Part shown: positions 9,944 through 17,774 of the stretch, in pieces
Layout of the letters: each line of letters begins with the position of its first letter
Position numbering within the stretch: position 1 is the stretch's first letter
DNA from: a virus
Lineage: Duplodnaviria; Caudoviricetes
Virus record (IMG/VR): IMGVR_UViG_3300033402_000012
Location: 1 to 61,282 of that record
Strand: one strand, 5' to 3'
Length of the DNA: 61,282 nucleotides
Position numbers and translations under genes: made by a program
Notes under the pieces: generated by a model
The model's input: only the letters and a program-made list of their open reading frames with translations
Told to the model about the DNA's origin: nothing
Databases searched by the model: none

Positions 9944-10636
9944 TTGAAGAAAGCTTTATATACTCTTAATGTCAACAATTATTCACCGGAAATTACAGAT
10001 TTAACCTATCCGCTTCTGAAGATGTTTGCCGATAAATGCCACGCTGAGTTTCACATTATTACAGAGCGACGCTGGCCTTGGCTGCCCGTGACTTTTGAGA
10101 AGCTTCAAATCTTTGCCATTTCTCAGGAGTTAGGAACCGATTGGAATATCTACCTTGATGGTGATGCTCTAGTCCATCCTGATACATTCGACCCAACAGA
10201 GCATCTCTCTAAAGATACTGTTCTTCATAATGGTTGCGATATGGCAGGCAATCGATGGCAGTACGACAAATACTTTCGTCGAGATGGTCGGCATATTGGG
10301 AGCGGCAATTGGTTTACAGTCGCAAGCGATTGGTGCATTGACCTTTGGCGTCCGCCAGATGATTTGACGTTAGACCAAATCCTTGACAACATTCAGCCGA
10401 CTGTTTTTGAACAAAGTCATGGAATCACCAAAGAGCATTTGATTGATGATTACGTTCTATCCCGTAACATTGCAAAATACGGACTAAAGTTCAAATCCTT
10501 TACTGAAATTCTAAAAGCCCTCAATCTAACCCGTGACGAATACTTTTGGCATCAATACACAATTCCTACCGATGAGAAAATTAAGGGAATGAAAGAAACA
10601 CTAGCGCGTTGGGGGCTTACGATAGACAGAAACTAG
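9944..10636 (+). CDS. Second GT-A fold glycosyltransferase
   Basis: EKLQI...IYLDGDALV DxD motif. Confidence 0.7.
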   Translation: MKKALYTLNVNNYSPEITDLTYPLLKMFADKCHAEFHIITERRWPWLPVTFEKLQIFAISQELGTDWNIYLDGDALVHPDTFDPTEHLSKDTVLHNGCDMAGNRWQYDKYFRRDGRHIGSGNWFTVASDWCIDLWRPPDDLTLDQILDNIQPTVFEQSHGITKEHLIDDYVLSRNIAKYGLKFKSFTEILKALNLTRDEYFWHQYTIPTDEKIKGMKETLARWGLTIDRN

Positions 10637-10649
10637 AGAATAAAAAGCT

Positions 10650-11696
10650 ATGGCCGTCGTTGGAATATATGATGCACAACTAAACAGCACGGCGTGGCTA
10701 GACCCCAATATTGTTCGCCAGGGGTTGTTTGACCCTGACTTAATTCCGGGCGCTTCATCTGGTGCAATTTCGGCAACAATTGCAGGAACTTCTGTTGTCA
10801 CTGCTGCAATAACGGGTTCGGGTGCACTAGCGTCTACAATCAATGGAACTAGTAGCGTTACAGTGGCTCTTACTGGTCAGGGCGCATTAGCAAGTGCAAT
10901 AAATGGTGTAGGAACCGTTGTTGCGGCATTGTTTGGTGTAGGACCACTCGCAGCGACAATCAGTGGAACTAGCACAGTTTCAGGAACACTAACCGGGAAG
11001 GGAACATTAGCTGCTGCGATTAATGGAATTGGCTCAGTTGTAGCTAATTTAATTGCATTTGCTTCATCGTCAGCCGTAATAAATGGTACCAGCACAGTAT
11101 CGGGAACACTGACTGGTTCAGGTAAGTTAGCAAGTACTATAACAGGAATTGGGTCTGTTACTGCGGCTTTAGTTGGTATTGAATCGTGCAGCGCCACTAT
11201 CAATGGACTTGGAACAGTCTCAGTTGCACTAACTGGCGTTGGGTCCCTCTCATCTTCAATACTTGGCACCAGTTCTCTTACAGCCAACCTAGTTTCTCAG
11301 TCTGGTAATCTTGCGGCTAATATAAATGGAACTTCTTCCCTTGTAGCTTCTCTTACGGGAAAAGGTTCGCTGTCCTGTTCGATTCTTGGCACAGGAACCG
11401 TTGTTGCAACAATGGTGCCATCGGGGCTTATTTCGGCGTCAATATTAGGCACCAGTTATGTTACTTGTATTCTCAGTGGTGGCAGTAGTGGAAACGTTTA
11501 TTTATCTTTTTCTGATATTCAAATAACTGAGTCTTTAACTGTTCAATCGCTGTTAGAACTATCCTTTCTTACAGCTCAAACGTTAGGCACAATGAGTAAT
11601 CTCAATGCAATGTTTATGAGCATGGGCGTCTTGGCGATTAATGACTTGCAAACTATAAGTAATCTTTCTTCTCAATCAATTGGAATTGTGCAATGA
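10650..11696 (+). CDS. Fibre-like protein with about 12 tandem 20-aa repeats
   Basis: Repeat consensus LA(S/A)xInG(T/I)(S/G)(S/T)VxAxLTGxGx. Confidence 0.75.
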   Translation: MAVVGIYDAQLNSTAWLDPNIVRQGLFDPDLIPGASSGAISATIAGTSVVTAAITGSGALASTINGTSSVTVALTGQGALASAINGVGTVVAALFGVGPLAATISGTSTVSGTLTGKGTLAAAINGIGSVVANLIAFASSSAVINGTSTVSGTLTGSGKLASTITGIGSVTAALVGIESCSATINGLGTVSVALTGVGSLSSSILGTSSLTANLVSQSGNLAANINGTSSLVASLTGKGSLSCSILGTGTVVATMVPSGLISASILGTSYVTCILSGGSSGNVYLSFSDIQITESLTVQSLLELSFLTAQTLGTMSNLNAMFMSMGVLAINDLQTISNLSSQSIGIVQ

Positions 11697-12001
11697 CCTA
11701 TACTATTTACGCAGGAAGTTCAGGCACGATAACTCTGTATGGATTAACCTTACAGCCCGGAGGAACTCCGGTTACGGGAGCAACAGTTACCGCTACTTTA
11801 ACAGACCATGCAGGCGTTACATTGTATTGGAGTGCCGTGACAATGACAAGTATAGGAGGGGGCAATTATACCTATTCATTTACAGCTTCCTCACTTCCTC
11901 CTGTTTCACAGATTCCATATCCACTAACAATTTCTATTACCAGTGGTGGTTATACGCTTGTTGCTGATTCATCCATACTGATACAAAACTTCATTATTTA
12001 A
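11693..12001 (+). CDS. Ig-like structural protein
   Basis: PVTGATVTATL...GGGNYTYSF pattern; ATGA coupling. Confidence 0.55.
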   Translation: MTYTIYAGSSGTITLYGLTLQPGGTPVTGATVTATLTDHAGVTLYWSAVTMTSIGGGNYTYSFTASSLPPVSQIPYPLTISITSGGYTLVADSSILIQNFII

Positions 12002-12010
12002 GGAAATAAA

Positions 12011-12232
12011 ATGGCAGAAAATAAACCAGTTGCATCTGACGGTGGCACAGATAGCTTTGAACCACCCCAACACTGTCCTGAATACTGGCCGGAAAAGGTC
12101 ATGGGATTCTCGAAGTGTGGCGTGACTCAAGCGCCCCAAGGCGTAGACTATGACCGCAAGCCTGTTGAGGTTCAACCCATGTTAGATGTTCCTAAACCAG
12201 TCGTAATCGTTAGCTCAGGTAAGAAATACTAA
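12011..12232 (+). CDS. Hypothetical protein
   Basis: AAGGA RBS, co-directional. Confidence 0.5.
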   Translation: MAENKPVASDGGTDSFEPPQHCPEYWPEKVMGFSKCGVTQAPQGVDYDRKPVEVQPMLDVPKPVVIVSSGKKY

Positions 12233-12248
12233 TCTATTCGGAGGGAAT

Positions 12249-12635
12249 ATGTTAGAGTGGATAAAAAGTCTCTTTCAACCCCGCGTTATTTATAGGGTTA
12301 TTGAGTACAACGGGCAAAGGACCCACTTTCAGGGTGGGGACAAGGGGATTCGAGAAAGCGTTGCTACTCTTTCTTCACATCCTGGCTTTTTGTATCTCTT
12401 GAGCAAATGCAATGCGCAAAATGCCTTGCTTAGCTCGAAATTGAAGAATAGTTTTCATCAAACGCTTCGAGAGGTTGATTTACTCCAAGCGGGTATCTAT
12501 TGGTCCGATTGGCTCAAGCAAGAACTTGACAAGTCAACAATGGGTGCCACACGACCACAGACTGATGCCTTTGATGAAGAACGACAAGCTTTCGAGGCTC
12601 TCGATGCTCAGATTGAGCGCGTGGGCCAAGAGTAA
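12249..12635 (+). CDS. Hypothetical head-module protein
   Basis: GGAGGG RBS; typical position before the scaffold. Confidence 0.6.
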   Translation: MLEWIKSLFQPRVIYRVIEYNGQRTHFQGGDKGIRESVATLSSHPGFLYLLSKCNAQNALLSSKLKNSFHQTLREVDLLQAGIYWSDWLKQELDKSTMGATRPQTDAFDEERQAFEALDAQIERVGQE

Positions 12636-12688
12636 GTAGCCCTCACAAGGGGCCAGTAGTAAAATCTAATCCCACAAGGACAGATGAC

Positions 12689-13615
12689 ATGCCAGCACCA
12701 ACGCTAGACCAAGTAGCACCAAACGGTAGTGTAAATCTTTCAGATTCACCCTCTACCCTTGACGATGCGACGTTTGACTCATTGTTTCCGGCTGATGGGC
12801 CAGCGCCGTCTGTAGCACCTGCGCCACAAGTGCAGACTCAACCTCAGCCGAACGTGGCTCCTTCTACACCAAATCCTGCATCAGTGGCACAACCACAACC
12901 GCAGCCTGACCAATACTTCTTAAAAGGTAGAACGTCAGTTTACAAGACCGCAGAGGAAGCGCAAAGAGGCGTTGACGAAAAAGACGCCGTTATCGAGCAG
13001 ATGCGCCAGCGATATGCACTCGTTACAGGAATTGACCCACTAACAGGGAAACCTCTTGGTGCGGTGGCTGCTCCGCAAGACAACAACTATCAGACGAACC
13101 CTAATCAATACTTGAATGACTTGGTGGAGGCCGCGAAGAGTGGTCAACCCCAAGCCTATACAAGTGTTCAGACTAAGTTTATCAATGATACGTTGGCTCC
13201 CATAGCTCCATTGGTGGAACGTGCTGCCAAGGAACAAGCTTTGGAAGCGGTCGCACGTGAGTATCCAGAGGCTCCGAAATTCATCGGAACTCAACCGTAT
13301 CAACGGGCTTTGCAGGCCAATCCTGAATTAAAAGAAGCTATCACTGTGGCAGAGCATGACCTCAGATTCCACTCTCGCTTGCCGGGGCTATACAAGCTAG
13401 CCTTCTTGACAGGCCAGGGGTTACAACTGCCCGACATCCTGAAGGCAAACACGCCTTCAAATCCTAATCCACCTGCTCCCACTCGACCTACTACAGCGAA
13501 CCCTTCGACTATACCTGCTCCGACGGCTGGCAAGGCTCCATCATTAAAAACAATAGATGGAATCCGAGCGACCATCGCAGAAATGGAAGGCAAGGGAGTC
13601 TCTTTAGAGTTCTAA
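12689..13615 (+). CDS. Capsid scaffolding protein
   Basis: Pro/Gln-rich disordered ends, helical core (YKTAEEAQRG), directly before the capsid gene. Confidence 0.75.
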   Translation: MPAPTLDQVAPNGSVNLSDSPSTLDDATFDSLFPADGPAPSVAPAPQVQTQPQPNVAPSTPNPASVAQPQPQPDQYFLKGRTSVYKTAEEAQRGVDEKDAVIEQMRQRYALVTGIDPLTGKPLGAVAAPQDNNYQTNPNQYLNDLVEAAKSGQPQAYTSVQTKFINDTLAPIAPLVERAAKEQALEAVAREYPEAPKFIGTQPYQRALQANPELKEAITVAEHDLRFHSRLPGLYKLAFLTGQGLQLPDILKANTPSNPNPPAPTRPTTANPSTIPAPTAGKAPSLKTIDGIRATIAEMEGKGVSLEF

Positions 13616-13637
13616 GACAGGTAAGAAAGAATTAACA

Positions 13638-14663
13638 ATGTTTTACAATAAGCTTGCATCCGTCGTCAGGATGCTGATTGGTCTTGGCGATGATGTTGTC
13701 ACTGTTATTACTGGCACGACCGGAGTTCCCGGTGGGGCTGGTTCACTAGCGAGTGACCAACAGACTTACTTCTCAGCAAAGTTGCTGGAAGTTGCGGTTC
13801 TGATTACCATTCTTGACCAGTTTGGCGACAAGGACCCAATTCCTTCCAATAGTTCCAAGATGATTCAGTTCAACCGTATGGAAAAGTTGGCAACCACGAC
13901 TTCTCCAACGCAGTTGACTGAAGGTGTGTCACCGGACGCTCTGGGTTTGCAGATGTCACAATATCAGGCTGTCGCAGAGCAGTACGGCATTCTTCTGCGC
14001 TTGTCTGACCTTGCAGAACTGACTTCCAAGCACGACGTTGTGGGTCGAGCGCTGTATGTGCTCGGTTTGCACGCCGCTGAAACGTATGATATTCTTATTT
14101 TCAACGTCTTGTCGGGTGCGTCGAATGTGTACTATCCCAATAACAAGACTCTCGCAACTCTAACCGCCAGTGATAAGGTTGGTTATACTGACCTTGTTGC
14201 TGTCCATGCTAACTTGATGGATAACGGCGCACGCCCATTTGATGATGGGGACTACGTGTTCGTCGTGCCTCCACAGGTTAATGCTACGATGCTTACTGAC
14301 CCGGATTTCAAGGCGTCCAACCAATTCGGCAAGCCCGAAAGAATTTGGCGCGGCGAAGTTCAGGAACTCAGTGGGTGGCGTATTGTCAAGTCAAACGCTC
14401 CGGGTTTTGCGGCTGTGACCGCCGGACTTGGTGGGGCTGGCTATGCTAACAAGGTGTTCTATTCTTTCGCAATTGCAAAGAACGCCTATCAGATTAGCGA
14501 CTTGCAGAACCTTCGCGTGTACGCTGCGGCTCCTGGCGGACAGACGGACGTTTTGCAACAGAATCGTAAGATTGGCTACAAGTTCGCGTTCAAGTCAATC
14601 ATCACGAACCAGAACTGGATTTTCGCCGTGGTTGCGGCAGGTCAGTCAACCAGGAACGCGTAA
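13638..14663 (+). CDS. Major capsid protein, N4-gp56-like
   Basis: QFGDKDPIP....KMIQF, LTEGVSP, QYG....SD, DVLQQ...GYK motifs. Confidence 0.9.
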   Translation: MFYNKLASVVRMLIGLGDDVVTVITGTTGVPGGAGSLASDQQTYFSAKLLEVAVLITILDQFGDKDPIPSNSSKMIQFNRMEKLATTTSPTQLTEGVSPDALGLQMSQYQAVAEQYGILLRLSDLAELTSKHDVVGRALYVLGLHAAETYDILIFNVLSGASNVYYPNNKTLATLTASDKVGYTDLVAVHANLMDNGARPFDDGDYVFVVPPQVNATMLTDPDFKASNQFGKPERIWRGEVQELSGWRIVKSNAPGFAAVTAGLGGAGYANKVFYSFAIAKNAYQISDLQNLRVYAAAPGGQTDVLQQNRKIGYKFAFKSIITNQNWIFAVVAAGQSTRNA

Positions 14664-14692
14664 TTGAATTAGCAGTGACACGCAGTAAGGCG

Positions 14693-14720
14693 TGGGGAAG
14701 GTTACAAAGCCTTCCCCATT
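14693..14720 (+). terminator. Hairpin after the capsid gene
   Basis: TGGGGAAGG-loop-CCTTCCCCA; weak U-tail. Confidence 0.5.
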
Positions 14721-14755
14721 CCTAAAAAATCCCACAAAGGATAAAGGATACTAAG

Positions 14756-15049
14756 ATGGCCGCTGACAACAGCAAAGCAGTTGAAGTGAAAGAACCAGAG
14801 TTTGAGTTCGTTGAAGTTCCTGAGAAGGATATTTTTGGAAAGCCGTTCGACGGCGTTTCCGTCAATCTTGAGAAGTTTGGACCGGGTAAGCATAAGGTGA
14901 CACCAGCATTGGCCGTAGAGATTCGACGTTTGCTCTTAATTCGTCAAGCCGCAGACCTTCGTATTTTCCAGCCGACGCAGGACGTTCATGCTATGGGAAT
15001 TATGGCAAGGAACTACGGCGGACAACAGATGCAGAAGTACAATAGCTAA
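14756..15049 (+). CDS. Hypothetical protein
   Basis: AAGGA RBS. Confidence 0.6.
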   Translation: MAADNSKAVEVKEPEFEFVEVPEKDIFGKPFDGVSVNLEKFGPGKHKVTPALAVEIRRLLLIRQAADLRIFQPTQDVHAMGIMARNYGGQQMQKYNS

Positions 15050-15051
15050 CA

Positions 15052-15453
15052 ATGTGGACCTATGAAATAACTACGGGTTCGATGTACAGACCTGATGGCT
15101 CGCTCTTAGCCATTGGGTACAGCGGGGGATGGGGCGGATTATCGCAGGACAAGAACAATCCCGATGCAGAGAATGTTGTTGGTGAAGGTCCCATCCCCGA
15201 AGGCTTGTGGACATTTGGCAATCTATTCATGGACCTAGAAGTAGGTTGTCCAAATGTTCTACGCCTTACCCCCGACCCTGCAACTGACCTCAAGGGTCGT
15301 AGCGCGGCTGGATTTCTAATTCATGGTGATGGTAAGAATGACGCCGGATTTGCGTCCAAAGGCTGCATCATACTCCCACCCGAAGCACGAATTGAAATGG
15401 GGAAATCATCTGACCATCAATTGAATGTCATAGCAATAATCTCCCACCCGTAA
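15052..15453 (+). CDS. Tlde1/DUF2778 L,D-transpeptidase-family protein, candidate endolysin
   Basis: GYSG, GPIPEGLW, FLIHGD...ASKGCI His/Cys motif. Confidence 0.85.
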   Translation: MWTYEITTGSMYRPDGSLLAIGYSGGWGGLSQDKNNPDAENVVGEGPIPEGLWTFGNLFMDLEVGCPNVLRLTPDPATDLKGRSAAGFLIHGDGKNDAGFASKGCIILPPEARIEMGKSSDHQLNVIAIISHP

Positions 15454-15471
15454 AGGGTCATAGGAGCGGTA

Positions 15472-16191
15472 ATGACTTTAGAATCTGATATAAAGAAAGT
15501 TTGGACGTTTGGTGTTTCACATTTAGTTTTGGTGGGTATGCTATGCGTAGCTTTGATTGGTGGTGTATATCTTTATGATAGCAAGCGTGCTGATAGCGCC
15601 GACGCTCAAGCTGCTCTTTCGGCTATTCAAGCCAAGCAGCAGGAGCAAGTGAATGCCCAACTTCAACAGCAAAATGTCCAGCTTCAAGCTGTCATCGCCA
15701 CAGATAAAGTCCAGCAGGAACAAACTGCTGCCGCTCTTATCTCCGCGACTCAAGCACTTAAAGCGGCCACCGCAAAACAAGTTGCATCAGTTCCTACTCT
15801 TGCTCCACCTGCGCTCGCTACAGAGTGGGGGCAGTTAGCACAAGAACCTACACCATCTATTGATACAGCAGGAAATTTTCAAATCCCACTTCCGCTGGCT
15901 CAAAAGTCTGTAGTTGCTCTCATTCAAGTTTCTAGCTTGGAGAAACAGAACCAGCAACTTACGGATGCGAATACGGCTCAGGCTAAAGCTACGGCTGATG
16001 CTGATAAACAGCTTGATTCTGAGAAGACGGCTCATACTTCTGACAACACTACCTGTGTAGTCGAGAAGAAAGCTTTGGGCGACCAAATTACCAAACTCAA
16101 GGCCGACAATCGCAAAAAGAATATTAAGTACATGATTTTTGGTGGGTTTATTGTTGAGACTTTCAAGGTTTACTTTACGAAGTCTTTGTGA
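15472..16191 (+). CDS. Spanin-like protein (N-terminal TM plus long coiled coil)
   Basis: Topology and position between the peptidoglycan enzyme and holin-like gene. Confidence 0.55.
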   Translation: MTLESDIKKVWTFGVSHLVLVGMLCVALIGGVYLYDSKRADSADAQAALSAIQAKQQEQVNAQLQQQNVQLQAVIATDKVQQEQTAAALISATQALKAATAKQVASVPTLAPPALATEWGQLAQEPTPSIDTAGNFQIPLPLAQKSVVALIQVSSLEKQNQQLTDANTAQAKATADADKQLDSEKTAHTSDNTTCVVEKKALGDQITKLKADNRKKNIKYMIFGGFIVETFKVYFTKSL

Positions 16192-16198
16192 GGCTAAG

Positions 16199-16390
16199 AT
16201 GTTCCAAAAGGTAACAACTTTCTTTCAGGGCCGTCATACAACCTTTATTCTGGCCGCATTTTCCACTGGAATTGTGATGTCTTGGTTTCATAGGTTAGAT
16301 GGAAACCTAGTAACTTTGATTCTCGGTTTGGGGGGATTAGTTACGGCTCATTCAGTTAAAGAAGACTATTTTGCACAGAAAATTGGATAA
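16199..16390 (+). CDS. Holin-like two-TM protein
   Basis: 63 aa, two hydrophobic segments; ATG at 16199 after GAGG. Confidence 0.55.
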   Translation: MFQKVTTFFQGRHTTFILAAFSTGIVMSWFHRLDGNLVTLILGLGGLVTAHSVKEDYFAQKIG

Positions 16391-16394
16391 CTAG

Positions 16395-17531
16395 ATGCCT
16401 TATACTTATTCCACTGTTGCTGATGTTCTAGGACGAGTTTCTCAAGATACTCGATTACAGCTTTCAGCTACGTCTGCGCCCGGACAGACTATTCTTATTG
16501 ACTACACAAATCGCGTTCATCAGCAGATGCTTCGATACTCTCGGTGGCCTTTCCTTCGGTCAAATCCTCAATATTTTATGACAGTGAAAGGTCAGACTGA
16601 CTATTGGTGCGGACCTACTCTTTCCCTCCCTGTAGGAGTTGTGGATACAGGTTTACATCTCACGGACCTAGACCGCGTTGAGAAGAACTCCTTCCGTGAC
16701 CTCTCAAATAACAATACCATGAAGGCGATGGACTTACAACCACTAGGAGGGAGTGTTAACTATCGTTCTGGTCAGTCCCGTCAAGGAATTCCCGCACAAT
16801 TTTGGCAAGACATTAACAATGTCAATCTAGTTCACATATATCCCGCTCCCGACAATTCTAATCCCTTTGCCCCCTTTCCAAGTACGCCATATTTGACGTA
16901 TGCGACAGGGGGTGCTTTAGCTTCTAGGACCTATTACGTTCGGATTACGTTTGTGGACTCGAATGGTGGAGAAAGTCAGGGAAGCGACATCTCTGCGGAA
17001 CTAATCATCCCGGCAAGCAATTTAATCACAGTTGTTACGCCGACGATGTACTTCAATAAATCGTCTGATGGGGTTCTATATAATAAATACAATGTGTACA
17101 TTAGTTTAACTGAGGGAACTGAAACACTTCAAAATCTGGCTCCAATTGCTGTGGGAACTAATTGGACTGAGCCGACTTCAGGTTTAATCACGACAGGTCC
17201 TTCTGTTCCCACTACTAGCACGCTGCAACCCTTGGGCGGGTATGTGATGCAGTTTCGCTATTATAAAGCGCGACTGACATTGCAAGCTACCACTGATACT
17301 CTTCAAATTCCCGATAACTATTTGGATATCCTAGTCCACGGCGTCAATGCTCTCGTTTGGAAGTTCCTTGGTAAAGACCAAGACTCAATGGCTTCCTTTC
17401 AAACATTCACCGCTGGTATGACTCAAATGGTTTGGGACAAGAATCAATTTCCTGATACCGATTATATTCGTGCCGACGCTGCGACTTATGTCAATAGTCA
17501 AGTGCTTGGTATTTGGCCTGCGAGTTTCTAA
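16395..17531 (+). CDS. Tail adaptor (head-tail connector) with inserted FN3-like domain
   Basis: Helical N-terminus, WPFL, IYPAPD, YYVRITFVD..GES..S insert, IPDNYLDILVHG. Confidence 0.65.
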   Translation: MPYTYSTVADVLGRVSQDTRLQLSATSAPGQTILIDYTNRVHQQMLRYSRWPFLRSNPQYFMTVKGQTDYWCGPTLSLPVGVVDTGLHLTDLDRVEKNSFRDLSNNNTMKAMDLQPLGGSVNYRSGQSRQGIPAQFWQDINNVNLVHIYPAPDNSNPFAPFPSTPYLTYATGGALASRTYYVRITFVDSNGGESQGSDISAELIIPASNLITVVTPTMYFNKSSDGVLYNKYNVYISLTEGTETLQNLAPIAVGTNWTEPTSGLITTGPSVPTTSTLQPLGGYVMQFRYYKARLTLQATTDTLQIPDNYLDILVHGVNALVWKFLGKDQDSMASFQTFTAGMTQMVWDKNQFPDTDYIRADAATYVNSQVLGIWPASF

Positions 17532-17774
17532 ATGGAAGCAATCATATTACCACTGCGTAAAGAACCCAATGTTCTCTATCGCTATAGCCGAAATCGGTTT
17601 ATCGCAGCGGGTGTATGTAATTTTGATTTGCCTCCCGCACAAAATCAAGACCGTTTTGAAATTTGTCTTAATGTAATGCCCACTATCACAGGCGTTTTTT
17701 TGCGGCGATGGGGATATCGAATTTTTCAACCGAAGCTTGATTCAGGAGCTAGTCCTACGGACGATTCACTCTAA
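17532..17774 (+). CDS. N-terminal fragment of the tail nozzle encoded as a separate ORF
   Basis: G.....PP......CLNVMP...G...RRWGY resembles P22 gp10/T7 gp12-type N-termini. Confidence 0.5.
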   Translation: MEAIILPLRKEPNVLYRYSRNRFIAAGVCNFDLPPAQNQDRFEICLNVMPTITGVFLRRWGYRIFQPKLDSGASPTDDSL

